Source of the DNA: Candidatus Thioglobus sp. | GTDB taxonomy: Bacteria; Pseudomonadota; Gammaproteobacteria; PS1; Pseudothioglobaceae | Direction: 5' to 3' | Assembly: GCA_012964205.1 (NCBI GenBank) | Contig: DTUI01000091.1 | Span: forward strand, 1-53,752 | DNA: 53,752 nucleotides | Shown here: positions 33,820-44,319 of the stretch, one piece after another | Position numbering within the stretch: the first letter of the stretch is position 1 | Layout of the letters: each line of letters opens with the position of its first letter | Program-made: the position numbers and the translations under genes | The notes under the pieces: model-generated | What the model was told of the DNA's origin: nothing | The model's database searches: none | What the model saw: only the letters and a program-made list of their open reading frames with translations

Positions 33820-35310
33820 ATGAAAATTCAGCAAGAACATGTCATTGAAAGCGTCTTTTCGGCTTTGCAGTATATCTCGTATTATCATTCGCCTGATTTT
33901 ATTCGTGCAATGACATCAGCGTATGAAAAAGAAACACACGATAGTGCTAAAAATGCCATCGCCCAAATTCTAATTAATTCAAAAATGGCCGCATTAGGGC
34001 AAAGGCCAATGTGCCAAGATACCGGCATTATCAACGTTTTTGTTGAAGTGGGTATGGATGTTTCTTGGGAGGCTGATTTATCCTTAGAGGAAATGATCAA
34101 CGAAGGTGTTAGGCGTGCATTTACATTTGCAGATAACCCACTGCGCGCCTCTATTGTCACTGATCCATTATTTTCACGAACCAATACTAAAGACAATACT
34201 CCTGCAGTTATTCATATGAAAGTGGTTAAAGGTGATGTGCTGAAATTCATTGTAGCTGCCAAGGGTTGTGGCTCTGAAAATAAGGCAAAATTCGCAGTGC
34301 TTGCACCAGATGATAATGTTTCCGACTGGGTGATAAAGATGATTCCCACCATGGGTGCTGGCTGGTGTCCGCCAGGTATTATTGGTATTGGTGTGGGCGG
34401 TACAGCAGAAAAAGCCATGCTTATGGCTAAAGAAAGCTTAATGGATCCGATTGATATTGTTGAAGTTGCACAAAAGAGCAATCAAACTAATATTGAAAAA
34501 ATGCGCCTAGAGTTAATGGATAAAATTAATAATCTAGGTATTGGTGCGCAAGGCTTAACCGGACTAACTACTGTACTTGATGTTAAGATTAAAGATTACC
34601 CTTCACACGCTGCTTCGCAGGCGGTTGCCATAATTCCAAATTGCGCTGCCACTAGGCATTTACATTTCTCATTAGACGGATCAGGCGTGGCGCAATTACC
34701 AAAAGTGGATATGAGTATTTATCCTGAACTGGAAATGGATTATTCAAAATACAAGCACATCGATCTTAACACGCTAACACGCGAACAAATGGGTGAGTGG
34801 AATATAGGTGATACATTACTATTAACAGGTACGATTATTACTGGACGAGATGGAGCGCATGCGCGACTTAAACACATGCTGGATGAAGGTAAAGGCCTGC
34901 CAAAAGGGGTTGATTTTGATAATAAGTTTGTCTATTATGTAGGGCCAGTGGACGCCGTTGGTGATGAAGTGATTGGTCCTGCAGGCCCAACCACAGCAAC
35001 ACGTATGGATAAATTTACAGATATGATGCTAGAAAATACCAATATTCTAGGTATGATCGGAAAAGCTGAGCGTGGCAATGAAACGGCTAATAGTATTAAA
35101 AATCACAAGGCTACCTATCTGATTGCTGTAGGTGGTGCGGCATACTTAATTTCCAAGTCTATTAAAAAAGCCAAAATAATTGCATTTGAAGACATGGGTA
35201 TGGAAGCTATTTATGAATTTGAGGTGGAAGATATGCCAGTCGCTGTTGCTGTTGATAGTAATGGTAATAATGTCCATCAAATTTTCCAAGATCTTCAAGT
35301 GAACGGTTAA
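33820..35310 (+). CDS. Class I (Fe-S) fumarate hydratase, fused alpha/beta
   Basis: PMCQDTG, GAGWCPP, NCAATRH cluster cysteines; GPTTATRMD, IGKAER. Confidence 0.93.
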   Translation: MKIQQEHVIESVFSALQYISYYHSPDFIRAMTSAYEKETHDSAKNAIAQILINSKMAALGQRPMCQDTGIINVFVEVGMDVSWEADLSLEEMINEGVRRAFTFADNPLRASIVTDPLFSRTNTKDNTPAVIHMKVVKGDVLKFIVAAKGCGSENKAKFAVLAPDDNVSDWVIKMIPTMGAGWCPPGIIGIGVGGTAEKAMLMAKESLMDPIDIVEVAQKSNQTNIEKMRLELMDKINNLGIGAQGLTGLTTVLDVKIKDYPSHAASQAVAIIPNCAATRHLHFSLDGSGVAQLPKVDMSIYPELEMDYSKYKHIDLNTLTREQMGEWNIGDTLLLTGTIITGRDGAHARLKHMLDEGKGLPKGVDFDNKFVYYVGPVDAVGDEVIGPAGPTTATRMDKFTDMMLENTNILGMIGKAERGNETANSIKNHKATYLIAVGGAAYLISKSIKKAKIIAFEDMGMEAIYEFEVEDMPVAVAVDSNGNNVHQIFQDLQVNG

Positions 35311-35420
35311 TAAAAATGTACGCCGTTATATTTACTTAAAAATTAAAATAACTGGTATAAGTCCTACAGTGTACAAAATGTAGATGTATTACGAGAATAT
35401 AGTCACACAGATACTTAGCG

Positions 35421-35426
35421 TATAAT
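35421..35426 (+). promoter_or_regulatory. sigma70 -10 element of rnpB
   Basis: TATAAT 6-7 bp upstream of the P1 helix start. Confidence 0.7.
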
Positions 35427-35432
35427 CAGCGC

Positions 35433-35772
35433 TGAAGTTGGTCGGATGGTCGCTGGAAGGTTTGCCTTTCAGAGGAAAGTCCGGGCTCCATAGAGCAAAG
35501 TGCTAGCTAACAGCTAGGTATGGTGACATAATGGAAAGTGCTGCAGAAATTTAAACTACCCATTCGTGGGAAAAGGTGAGAAGGTGCGGTAAGAGCGCAC
35601 CGCGCGGAAGGTAACAACCGTGGCAAGGTAAACCCCACTTGGAGCAAGCTCAAATAGGCTACCATTGATGCGGCTCGCATAAGGTAGCGGGTAGAGTGCT
35701 CAAGCGACTTGGTAACAATTCGCGTAGATGAATGACCATCTATTACAGAACCCGGCTTATAGACCGACTTCA
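35433..35772 (+). ncRNA. rnpB: RNase P RNA (type A)
   Basis: GAGGAAAGTCCGGGCTCC, GGTGCGGTAAGAGCGCACC, GGTAAACCCC, GAGCAAG, ACAGAACCCGGCTTA; terminal P1 helix TGAAGTTGGTC/GACCGACTTCA. Confidence 0.97.
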
Positions 35773-35903
35773 CTCAATTTATCTTTTTCTTTGTATATCG
35801 TTGTGCTTATCGTCCCAGCTAATGCAAAGAAAAACTAGTTTTTTTCAACTATGTTAAATATCAAAAAAAACTTGTTACAATCATTTTGTTGTAGAATAAA
35901 CTC

Positions 35904-36173
35904 ATGAGGAGAGACTTTACACAACTAACTGCATTTGCATTACTGGCCGTATCAATGAGTGTTTGCGCTCAGAAAGCGACAATCTATAGTGATCAATCGA
36001 TTACTATCTATGCAGACAATACGGTTGTGTCAACCAAAACAGGCAGGCCTTTGGTTTTTTCCGAGTCAAAAACTTGGGTAGAGGAGGATTACTTCACCCA
36101 GCAAGAAAAATACTGCGAAGTGGACTCGATACATAAAGACAAGCTTAATAAATTTTTAAAACCTTCTAAATAA
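35904..36173 (+). CDS. Small hypothetical secreted protein
   Basis: 89 aa; basic N-terminus, hydrophobic stretch and probable cleavage site VCA-Q. Confidence 0.6.
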   Translation: MRRDFTQLTAFALLAVSMSVCAQKATIYSDQSITIYADNTVVSTKTGRPLVFSESKTWVEEDYFTQQEKYCEVDSIHKDKLNKFLKPSK

Positions 36174-36217
36174 CCCCATTCATGGCGGTAAGGCCAGATT
36201 TTTATTAGTGTAGTGAG

Positions 36218-37009
36218 CTATGCATTTTTAATCTGTGCCAAAATCGCACGGTCTTTAATATTGTAGTCTTGAAAAGTTTGAATATTGGTGAAATTCTTGG
36301 TTAATAATTTAATAATTCTTAGCTGCTGGTCATACCCATGTTCAAGTAATAAATAGCCATTTTTATTAAGATGGTTTGGTGCATTATCGATAATAATGCG
36401 AATCTCATCTAAGCCATCTTGGCCTGCAGTTAGTGCGCTGATTGGTTCAAAAGTCAGATCCTCTAAATAACTGTCATTTTCTTCAATATAAGGCGGATTA
36501 GAGATGATTAAATCAAAACACTGGCTATTAACAGCCTCAAACCAGCTACCTTGTGCAAATTCAATATTTGTAGTCGCATTTGATTTGGCTACCTCAAGTG
36601 CAGCATGTGAGTAGTCTGTTGCCATAACCTGCCAATGTGGTTTTTTATCTGCAAGGGTGATGGCGATAATACCACTACCCGTGCCCAAATCAAGTAATTG
36701 ACATGAAACATCTTTAGGAAAAAGATCCAATGAAATATCGATCAAAAGCTCGGTTTCTGGGCGTGGTATTAAGGTGTCAGCTGTTACTTTAAAATCTAAA
36801 TGATAAAAGCCTTTTGTGCCACTAATATATGAAAATGGCACGCCATCAGTGCGTTGCTGAATAAATTCGCTTAAGGTTTGTTTTTCTGTGGGCGTTAAGC
36901 AGTAATCACCATGGGTAATTAGCTCAACATTGCTTTTCTTAAGTACCAAAGACAACAGTGGCGCAATATCGACTGCGCCACTGTTAAGGTAATCCTGAAT
37001 GGTTTTCAA
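36218..37009 (-). CDS. prmC: Release factor glutamine methyltransferase
   Basis: LIPRPETE, LDLGTGSG, SNPPY, EHGYDQ; TTG start. Confidence 0.95.
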   Translation of the reverse strand: MKTIQDYLNSGAVDIAPLLSLVLKKSNVELITHGDYCLTPTEKQTLSEFIQQRTDGVPFSYISGTKGFYHLDFKVTADTLIPRPETELLIDISLDLFPKDVSCQLLDLGTGSGIIAITLADKKPHWQVMATDYSHAALEVAKSNATTNIEFAQGSWFEAVNSQCFDLIISNPPYIEENDSYLEDLTFEPISALTAGQDGLDEIRIIIDNAPNHLNKNGYLLLEHGYDQQLRIIKLLTKNFTNIQTFQDYNIKDRAILAQIKNA

Positions 37010-37012
37010 AGC

Positions 37013-37639
37013 TTATAAATTAACTGTTGTTAACCCAAGAGATTTCCAGGCGTTCATGCCACCACGGTAGTATTTAATCTTAGAGGCTGGATAGCCGTAC
37101 TTTAGTAATGCTGCTACTGCAGTAGGTGTTTGTCCACACCAGATTCCGTTGCAATACATAACCAGCGTCTTGGCATAAGAAAAATCAAAAATATCATCCA
37201 CTTGAACATCTAGTTGATCTTCCATAATCTCCAAGGCTTTTGCTTTATTCTTAAATTTTGTATAAGGAATATTAACCGCTGTTGGGATAGCACCGGTAAT
37301 CACTGGCCAATTTGGCGTACGTGTATCAATCACTAAAATACTATCATCACCTTCAGAGCGCTGTTTAATATAGTTAATCATTTCTAGCTCGCCAATAGTA
37401 TCAACTAAATGTGGCGCAAATGGATGTATAGGCTGAATTTTTCCACGAGTCGTTTTTAGGTAAAAATCAGAAATTTTATTATCTCGATCTTGATTACGTT
37501 GTAAGGTGACAGTTTCATCTTGATGCACTACATTGAGTGAAACAAAACCCGGTGAAATAAACACTTCTTTGGTAACTTCCCCCTCAGCGTTAGCGCCAAA
37601 TGCTAATAAGCTAGCAAACATTATCATTATTTTTTTCAT
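37013..37639 (-). CDS. Periplasmic rhodanese-domain sulfurtransferase (SoxL-like)
   Basis: Signal peptide; VIDTR..GAIPTAVNIP; active-site loop YCNGIWCGQT; YYRGGMNAWKSLGL. Confidence 0.85.
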   Translation of the reverse strand: MKKIMIMFASLLAFGANAEGEVTKEVFISPGFVSLNVVHQDETVTLQRNQDRDNKISDFYLKTTRGKIQPIHPFAPHLVDTIGELEMINYIKQRSEGDDSILVIDTRTPNWPVITGAIPTAVNIPYTKFKNKAKALEIMEDQLDVQVDDIFDFSYAKTLVMYCNGIWCGQTPTAVAALLKYGYPASKIKYYRGGMNAWKSLGLTTVNL

Positions 37640-37657
37640 TTTTCTCTCCTCTTTTTT

Positions 37658-38293
37658 TTAAACTTTTTTCAAATCAAAATAATTTTTTACTGCCACAATT
37701 AGCCCTAAGCCAATAAATGCACCTGGCGGTAGAATAGCTAATAGGGTGCCTTGATAATCTTCAAATACGGTGATACTGAGTGTGTCACCCAAACTACCTA
37801 GTAGCAAAGCAGATTGATCAAACAAAGTGCCAGAGCCAATCAGTTCGCGCATTGCACCAAGAATAATCAAAATAACTGAAAATCCAATGCCCATCATCAA
37901 GCCATCAAGTGCTGATTTGCCCCAAGTATTTTTACTGGCAAAAGCTTCCGCTCTGGCTAGAATTGCACAATTGGTTACAATTAATGGTACAAAAATACCC
38001 AAAATTAAATACAAATCATAAAAATAAGACTGCATTAATAATTCAACAATAGTCACAAAAGAGGCGATGAGTAATACAAATATAGGAATTCTGACTTCTT
38101 TTCGAATTTGATTTCTAAAGATTGAAACTGTCACATTTGAGGCGACGAGTACAAACGTAGTTGCTAGGCCAAGACCGATCGCATTAACGATATTATTGGT
38201 AACCGCCAAAAGAGGGCACAAGCCAAGTAATGCAACCAAAGCTTGGTTGTTGGTCCATAAACCATTTTTAACAATTTTAAGGTAATCTTCCAT
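37658..38293 (-). CDS. rnfE: Rnf/Rsx electron transport complex subunit E
   Basis: [29 protein letters not shown]. Confidence 0.93.
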   Translation of the reverse strand: MEDYLKIVKNGLWTNNQALVALLGLCPLLAVTNNIVNAIGLGLATTFVLVASNVTVSIFRNQIRKEVRIPIFVLLIASFVTIVELLMQSYFYDLYLILGIFVPLIVTNCAILARAEAFASKNTWGKSALDGLMMGIGFSVILIILGAMRELIGSGTLFDQSALLLGSLGDTLSITVFEDYQGTLLAILPPGAFIGLGLIVAVKNYFDLKKV

Positions 38294-38350
38294 AAGCTTT
38301 GATTATATCAATATATTCGCTCATAATAAGAACTTAGATAGGCTAGATAT

Positions 38351-38377
38351 AAAAAAAGGAGGCCACTGCCTCCTTTT
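38351..38377 (-). terminator. Intrinsic terminator after clpB
   Basis: AAAAGGAGGC-CACT-GCCTCCTTTT; T7 tract on the minus strand. Confidence 0.88.
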
Positions 38378-38396
38378 ATATTTTACAAGTTAAGAC

Positions 38397-40955
38397 TTAA
38401 GAAAATGTAATCTCACCATTGGTTACACCAGCATTGATGTGTGCCCCTGGTAAAAAATCACCTGCCAAAATCTTTTGCGAGAGTGGATTTTCTAGTAGCT
38501 GCTGAATGGTGCGCTTAAGTGGTCTTGCGCCAAATGCCGGATCATAACCCTTGTCAATAATCATCTGCATAGCAGCATCATTTAGATCAAGCTTAAGATC
38601 AAGATCTGCCAGACGAGAAGATAAAATCTCAAGCTGTATTTTAGCAATATCTGCAATTTGATCTTTACCAAGACTATTGAAAGTGACAATCTCATCAATA
38701 CGATTGACAAATTCAGGTCTGAAATGTTCACCTACAAGTTGGGTCAGCTCTACTGACATATCCTTGCCTGGATTCTCTTGAATTAGATGTGAGCCTAAAT
38801 TCGAAGTCATGACGATCACGGTATTTTTAAAATCAACCGTACGCCCCTGGCCATCCGTTAAGCGCCCATCATCTAGAACTTGCAACAGTACATTAAACAC
38901 ATCTGGGTGAGCTTTTTCTACTTCATCAAGCAGGATAATTGAATAAGGCTTTCGACGAATAGCTTCAGTCAATACGCCACCTTGTTCATAGCCCACATAG
39001 CCTGGAGGCGCACCAATCAGGCGAGAAACTGAATGCTTTTCCATAAACTCACTCATATCAATACGCACAATAGCTTGCTCGGTATCAAATAAGAAGTCAG
39101 CCAATGCTTTGGTTAATTCTGTTTTACCCACGCCAGTAGGGCCCATGAATAAAAACGAGCCATCGGGACGATCAGGATCAGATAATCCTGCACGTGAACG
39201 ACGCACTGCATCAGCAATCACTTTAACAGCCTTGTCTTGACCAACTAAGCGCTTTTGAATAATAGATTCCATTTGTAATAGCTTGTCTTTTTCACCTTCC
39301 ATCATTTTGTCTACAGGTATACCTGTCCAACGCGCAACAATTTCAGCTATTTCATCTTCGGTAACTTTATTTCTAAGTAGTGTCATTTCTACATTATCTG
39401 CAGATTCAGCTTGGGTAATCTTAGCCTCAAGTTCTGGAATTTTTCCATATTGAAGTTCGCTCATTTTGGCTAGGTCGTTATTTCTAGCTGCAGCTTCAAG
39501 TTCGGCTTTCACTTGTTCTAGTTCTTCTTTCAAGTGCTGAGCACCTTGAACTTGAGATTTCTCTTTCTTCCAAATTTCTTCAAGATCGGCGTATTCTTTT
39601 TCAAGATCTTTAATGACTGACACTAACTCTTTTAAGCGTTCTTTAGAAGCCTTGTCTTTTTCTTTTTTCAACGCCATGCGCTCAATCTTTAGTTGTACTA
39701 GTTTGCGATCAAGTTTGTCCATTGACTCTGGCTTTGAATCAATTTCCATGCGAATTTGAGAAGCTGCTTCATCGATCAAATCGATAGCCTTGTCGGGTAA
39801 TTGCCTGTCTGAAATGTAACGTGTTGAGTAAGTGACTGCAGCAATAATAGCTGGATCAGTAATTTCAACACCATGATGCACTTCGTATTTTTCTTTTAGT
39901 CCTCGCAAAATCGCAACTGTATCTTCTTGTGTTGGTTCATCGACCAATACTTTTTGAAAACGACGCTCTAAAGCAGAATCTTTTTCAATGTATTGGCGAT
40001 ATTCATCTAGTGTCGTTGCACCCATACAATGAAGGTCACCCCTGGCAAGTGCTGGCTTAAGCATGTTTCCTGCATCCATGGCGCCATCAGATTTACCCGC
40101 ACCAACCATGGTGTGAAGCTCGTCAATGAATAAAATCACTTGACCTTGCTCATCCTCAAGTTCTTTTAAAACAGCCTTAAGTCGCTCTTCAAATTCTCCA
40201 CGATATTTTGCACCAGCCACCAAAGCTGCCATATCTAATGATAATAGACGTTTACCTTTAATGCCTTCAGGCACTTCGTTATTAATAATGCGTTGTGCTA
40301 ATCCTTCGGCGATGGCCGTTTTTCCTACGCCAGGCTCACCGATTAGTACTGGGTTATTTTTAGTCCTACGTTGCAAGACCTGAATAGCGCGACGGATTTC
40401 TCCATCACGGCCGATAACAGGATCAAGTTTGCCATCAATAGCCATTTGGGTTAAATCAGTTGTGTATTTGTTTAAAGATTCTCTTTGTGTTTCTGCATTT
40501 TGTTCGTTCACGTTTTGTCCTCCTCTAAGGGTATCAATAGCCTGGATTAGTTCTTTTTCATTTACGCCAACATCTTTTAATAGTTTTGTAGTGGCATCAT
40601 TACCTTGAATGATGGCCAATAAAAAAAGTTCAGTAGATAAATAGCTATCACCTTTATCGGTGGCTATTTTTTCAGCTGAGGTTAGTAGGCGTAGTAGACT
40701 TTGAGATATCCCAATGTCAGTATTAGGGTTGTTAACAACCGCCAAATTTTGTATTTCAAGTTCAACACGATTTTTAAAATTGTTTATTTCTACGTTGATA
40801 GATTTTAAAACATTACTTACGCTAGAAACATTATCACTAAGCATTGCACTGAGTACATGCATGCCTTCAATTGCGCTATGGGAATTGCTAATTGCGATTG
40901 ATTGCGCAGTACTAAGATCCTGTTGAAATTGAGAAGTTAGTTTTTCAATGTTCAT
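38397..40955 (-). CDS. clpB: Disaggregase ClpB
   Basis: Two AAA+ domains ([16 protein letters not shown]), coiled-coil middle domain, GYVGYEQGG. Confidence 0.98.
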   Translation of the reverse strand: MNIEKLTSQFQQDLSTAQSIAISNSHSAIEGMHVLSAMLSDNVSSVSNVLKSINVEINNFKNRVELEIQNLAVVNNPNTDIGISQSLLRLLTSAEKIATDKGDSYLSTELFLLAIIQGNDATTKLLKDVGVNEKELIQAIDTLRGGQNVNEQNAETQRESLNKYTTDLTQMAIDGKLDPVIGRDGEIRRAIQVLQRRTKNNPVLIGEPGVGKTAIAEGLAQRIINNEVPEGIKGKRLLSLDMAALVAGAKYRGEFEERLKAVLKELEDEQGQVILFIDELHTMVGAGKSDGAMDAGNMLKPALARGDLHCMGATTLDEYRQYIEKDSALERRFQKVLVDEPTQEDTVAILRGLKEKYEVHHGVEITDPAIIAAVTYSTRYISDRQLPDKAIDLIDEAASQIRMEIDSKPESMDKLDRKLVQLKIERMALKKEKDKASKERLKELVSVIKDLEKEYADLEEIWKKEKSQVQGAQHLKEELEQVKAELEAAARNNDLAKMSELQYGKIPELEAKITQAESADNVEMTLLRNKVTEDEIAEIVARWTGIPVDKMMEGEKDKLLQMESIIQKRLVGQDKAVKVIADAVRRSRAGLSDPDRPDGSFLFMGPTGVGKTELTKALADFLFDTEQAIVRIDMSEFMEKHSVSRLIGAPPGYVGYEQGGVLTEAIRRKPYSIILLDEVEKAHPDVFNVLLQVLDDGRLTDGQGRTVDFKNTVIVMTSNLGSHLIQENPGKDMSVELTQLVGEHFRPEFVNRIDEIVTFNSLGKDQIADIAKIQLEILSSRLADLDLKLDLNDAAMQMIIDKGYDPAFGARPLKRTIQQLLENPLSQKILAGDFLPGAHINAGVTNGEITFS

Positions 40956-40995
40956 CGTTTTTTTATTCTTTGTTTTTGTTTAAGTTACTCTCTAT

Positions 40996-41022
40996 CTATG
41001 GGATGATATTGAAATATTCAAG
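40996..41022 (-). promoter_or_regulatory. Putative sigma32 heat-shock promoter of clpB
   Basis: Minus strand CTTGAA-N13-TCCCATAG fits the RpoH consensus CTTGAA-N13/14-CCCCATNT. Confidence 0.75.
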
Positions 41023-41039
41023 TACCAAAATAAAATATT

Positions 41040-41492
41040 ATGTTAAATTTAGTATTGTTCGAACCAGAGATTCCCAATAACACAGGCAGTTTGATTCGCC
41101 TTAGTGCTAATATGGGTGCAAGTTTACATCTAATCAAGCCATTTGGTTTTGAGATTACTGACAAGCGTTTGCGTAGAGCGGGGCTTGACTATAAAGAATT
41201 GGCAAAAGTGACTGAATATGAAAATTTTGAAGATTATCTTGCTAAGGCAAAGCCTGATCGATTGTTTGCGGTAAGCTCCAAGGTTGATACGAATTATGCA
41301 CAGGTTGATTATCAGTCTGGCGATTCGTTTTTATTTGGTCCGGAGACAAGAGGTCTGCCACAAGAAATTTTGGATCAATATCCTGGAATTACACTACCCA
41401 TGCAAGCAGGCTCTAGAAGTCTCAATTTATCTAATTGTGTTTCAATTGTGGCTTATGAGGCTTGGCGTCAACTTAATTTTGCAAGTTTATAG
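41040..41492 (+). CDS. trmL: tRNA (cytidine/uridine-34-2'-O)-methyltransferase TrmL
   Basis: EPEIPNNTG, LRRAGLDY, FGPETRGLP, RSLNLSN. Confidence 0.95.
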   Translation: MLNLVLFEPEIPNNTGSLIRLSANMGASLHLIKPFGFEITDKRLRRAGLDYKELAKVTEYENFEDYLAKAKPDRLFAVSSKVDTNYAQVDYQSGDSFLFGPETRGLPQEILDQYPGITLPMQAGSRSLNLSNCVSIVAYEAWRQLNFASL

Positions 41493-42427
41493 GCGTTATT
41501 AAAGTCTTTAATGTTGAGTGCTTTTTTGCCGGCTAGCTGAACTGTTTCTAAGCTAATTGCGCCATTACCAGTGGCAATAATACAAGAACCTTTAGTGCAT
41601 TCAATTACCTCTCCTGGATCTTTATCATAAGTCTCACTGACGACACTGGCAGATAATATACGCAACACTTTAGAGTCAAATTTATCACTCTCTGCATTAG
41701 CTTGTGCAATGGGGTAAGGGTTAAAAGCCCTAATTTGTTGATTGATCTCTATTGCAGATTTTGACCAGTCAATCCAGGCCTCATCTTTACTAAGTTTTTT
41801 GGCGTAGGTAATGCCCGCTTCATCTTGAGTAGTTGGTGTTAATTGTCCGATGTTATTAAGCGCCTCAACTATACCTTGCGCACCTAGAATAGCTAGTTTA
41901 TCATGCAGAGTTTGAGCGGTATCTACATCGGTAATGTCACACGTTTTCTCGAGCAATATGTCACCTGTATCTAAGCCTTTATCCATTTGCATAATGCCAA
42001 TACCCGTTTGATTATCACCTGAAATAATAGCGCGTTGAATCGGTGCAGCGCCACGCCAGCGAGGCAACAATGAGGCGTGAATATTAAGACAGCCAAATTT
42101 AGGCATTTGCAGTACTTCATTTGGTAATATTTGCCCATAGGCTACCACCACCATAACATCGGCATTAAGACTGTTTAACTCATTTTGTGAATTGATATCT
42201 TTTAAGCTATCAGGCTGAAAAACAGTTAAACCCAACTCTAGCGCTTTTTCTTTAACAGGGCAGGCGCTTAGGATTCGACCGCGACCTTTGGGGCGGTCAG
42301 GCTGTGTATAAACACCAACAATATCATGTCCGGCTTGATTAAGTGCTTCTAATACGCCAACGGAAAAATCAGGCGTTCCTGCAAAGATAACACGCGCCCT
42401 GAAAGAAGTAGTACCCTCGGAGTGCAT
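41468..42427 (-). CDS. fmt: Methionyl-tRNA formyltransferase
   Basis: IFAGTPDF, TQPDRPKGRG, NIHASLLPRWRGAAPIQ, GLDTGD. Confidence 0.97.
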   Translation of the reverse strand: MHSEGTTSFRARVIFAGTPDFSVGVLEALNQAGHDIVGVYTQPDRPKGRGRILSACPVKEKALELGLTVFQPDSLKDINSQNELNSLNADVMVVVAYGQILPNEVLQMPKFGCLNIHASLLPRWRGAAPIQRAIISGDNQTGIGIMQMDKGLDTGDILLEKTCDITDVDTAQTLHDKLAILGAQGIVEALNNIGQLTPTTQDEAGITYAKKLSKDEAWIDWSKSAIEINQQIRAFNPYPIAQANAESDKFDSKVLRILSASVVSETYDKDPGEVIECTKGSCIIATGNGAISLETVQLAGKKALNIKDFNNAYKLAKLS

Positions 42428-43812
42428 TACTTCAAAGAAGCTCTGGCAGTTTTAATCGCTTGCTTAACTTGATTAGGGCTTGTAGCGCCAAGATGATCTC
42501 GTGCAGCAAGTGAACCTTCTAAAGACAGCACTTCAAATACATCATTTTCGATGCGATCATCAAAACTTTGAAGCTCTTCTAGGCTCATCTCTGACAAGTC
42601 TTTTTGATGTTCGATACCATAAGAGACCGACTGACCAACTACTTCGTGAGCATCTCTAAATGCTAAGCCTTTGTTAACTAAATAATCAGCCAAATCCGTT
42701 GCAGTTGTATAGCCTTTTTTGGTTGAGTTGTACATGATGTCACGCTGTGTTTCAATGGTTGGCACCATATCTGCAAATACACGCAAGCAAGCCTTAAGTG
42801 TATCAACTGTATCAAATAGCGGCTCTTTGTCTTCTTGATTATCTTTGTTGTAAGCTAAGGGCTGCGACTTCATAATGGTTAGCATAGAAGTTAGGTTACC
42901 GTACACACGTCCTGTTTTTCCACGAACCAACTCAGGCACGTCAGGGTTTTTCTTTTGTGGCATGATGGATGACCCAGTACAAAAACTATCTGGCAGCTCA
43001 ATAAAATGAAACTGTGCACTTGACCATAAGATTAACTCTTCAGAAAATCGTGATAAATGCATCATAATAACACTTGCAGCGGATAAGAATTCAATGGCAA
43101 AATCTCGATCACTAACCCCGTCAAGCGAATTTAAACAAATTCGATCAAAGCCTAGTAGCTCAGCAGTACGCTTGCGATTAATTGGATAAGTGGTGCCCGC
43201 CAATGCGGCAGAGCCAAGTGGCATTGAGTTCATGCGTTTGCGACAATCAACTAAACGCTCAGCATCGCGAGTTAACATTTCAAAATACGCCATCATGTGA
43301 TGGCCAAAGCTAACAGGCTGAGCTGCTTGTAAATGAGTAAATCCTGGCAAGATAGTGCTTGCTTCTTTTTCAGCTAAGTCCAGTAGTGCCAATTGTAAGC
43401 GATTAATTTCAGCTAATATATCATCAACTTGGTCGCGTAAGTACAAACGTATGTCAGTTGCCACTTGGTCATTACGAGAGCGCCCTGTGTGTAGCTTCTT
43501 ACCAGCATTACCAATTAACTGGGTTAGGCGTGATTCGATGTTCATGTGTACATCTTCTAGAGCGACAGACCATTCAAATTCGCCAGCATCAATTTCAGCT
43601 GAAATTTGATCAAGACCCGTCAGAATTTGGTTTTTTTCATCTTTGGTTAATAGGCCAACCTCTTGTAGCATCGTAGCATGCGCCCTAGATCCTTCAATGT
43701 CATAAGGTGCTAGGATTTTGTCAAAGAATACTGAAGCGCCAAAGATTTTGACGAATTCATCGGTCGGCTGGCTAAAACGTCCACCCCAAGATTGATTAGT
43801 TTGTTCACTCAT
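42427..43812 (-). CDS. argH: Argininosuccinate lyase
   Basis: [26 protein letters not shown]. Confidence 0.98.
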   Translation of the reverse strand: MSEQTNQSWGGRFSQPTDEFVKIFGASVFFDKILAPYDIEGSRAHATMLQEVGLLTKDEKNQILTGLDQISAEIDAGEFEWSVALEDVHMNIESRLTQLIGNAGKKLHTGRSRNDQVATDIRLYLRDQVDDILAEINRLQLALLDLAEKEASTILPGFTHLQAAQPVSFGHHMMAYFEMLTRDAERLVDCRKRMNSMPLGSAALAGTTYPINRKRTAELLGFDRICLNSLDGVSDRDFAIEFLSAASVIMMHLSRFSEELILWSSAQFHFIELPDSFCTGSSIMPQKKNPDVPELVRGKTGRVYGNLTSMLTIMKSQPLAYNKDNQEDKEPLFDTVDTLKACLRVFADMVPTIETQRDIMYNSTKKGYTTATDLADYLVNKGLAFRDAHEVVGQSVSYGIEHQKDLSEMSLEELQSFDDRIENDVFEVLSLEGSLAARDHLGATSPNQVKQAIKTARASLK

Positions 43813-44288
43813 AATTTTGCACTCATTTGCTTGTTAATTTTTGTTGTTGCTTTGTCGATCAGTTGATCTAGGTCAGTCCAATAGTATTCTTCATTAGTTA
43901 CGCCCAGTACTTTCTCCAATATCACGCCGTATTGATCAACTAGCAAAACAGTCGGGAAAAAGTTGATCGCATATCTACTGGAAAACTCGTTGTTTGTTAC
44001 TTCTTCATTGTAGAAATTCTTAATGTCGTCAAAGCTGCTGGAATCAATGTGGCGAATAATGACTTTATCATCATATTCCTTTAGCTCTGCCATTGGGCCA
44101 ACGATCTCTTGTTTAACTTTTTTGCAGAATTCACAATCAGGAATGGAAAACATTATTAAAATAGGTGTTTTGTTTTTCCACACTTGCTGAGAGTCCTTGA
44201 AGAAATTTTTAGCAGGCGTCAACGTTAATTCATCCGCTACGGCAAAATTAGTCAATAAGACAACGAGTAATAGATAAAATCTTAACAT
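43809..44288 (-). CDS. Periplasmic thioredoxin-fold protein (SoxW-like)
   Basis: Signal peptide from ATG 44288, CEFC redox motif, cis-Pro motif FFPT. Confidence 0.75.
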   Translation of the reverse strand: MLRFYLLLVVLLTNFAVADELTLTPAKNFFKDSQQVWKNKTPILIMFSIPDCEFCKKVKQEIVGPMAELKEYDDKVIIRHIDSSSFDDIKNFYNEEVTNNEFSSRYAINFFPTVLLVDQYGVILEKVLGVTNEEYYWTDLDQLIDKATTKINKQMSAKL

Positions 44289-44319
44289 GATGACTATTTT
44301 AATACAAACTCCTTGAAAC

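Noticed and set aside
35507-35773. 88-aa minus ORF
   Set aside because: Antisense to the RNase P RNA.
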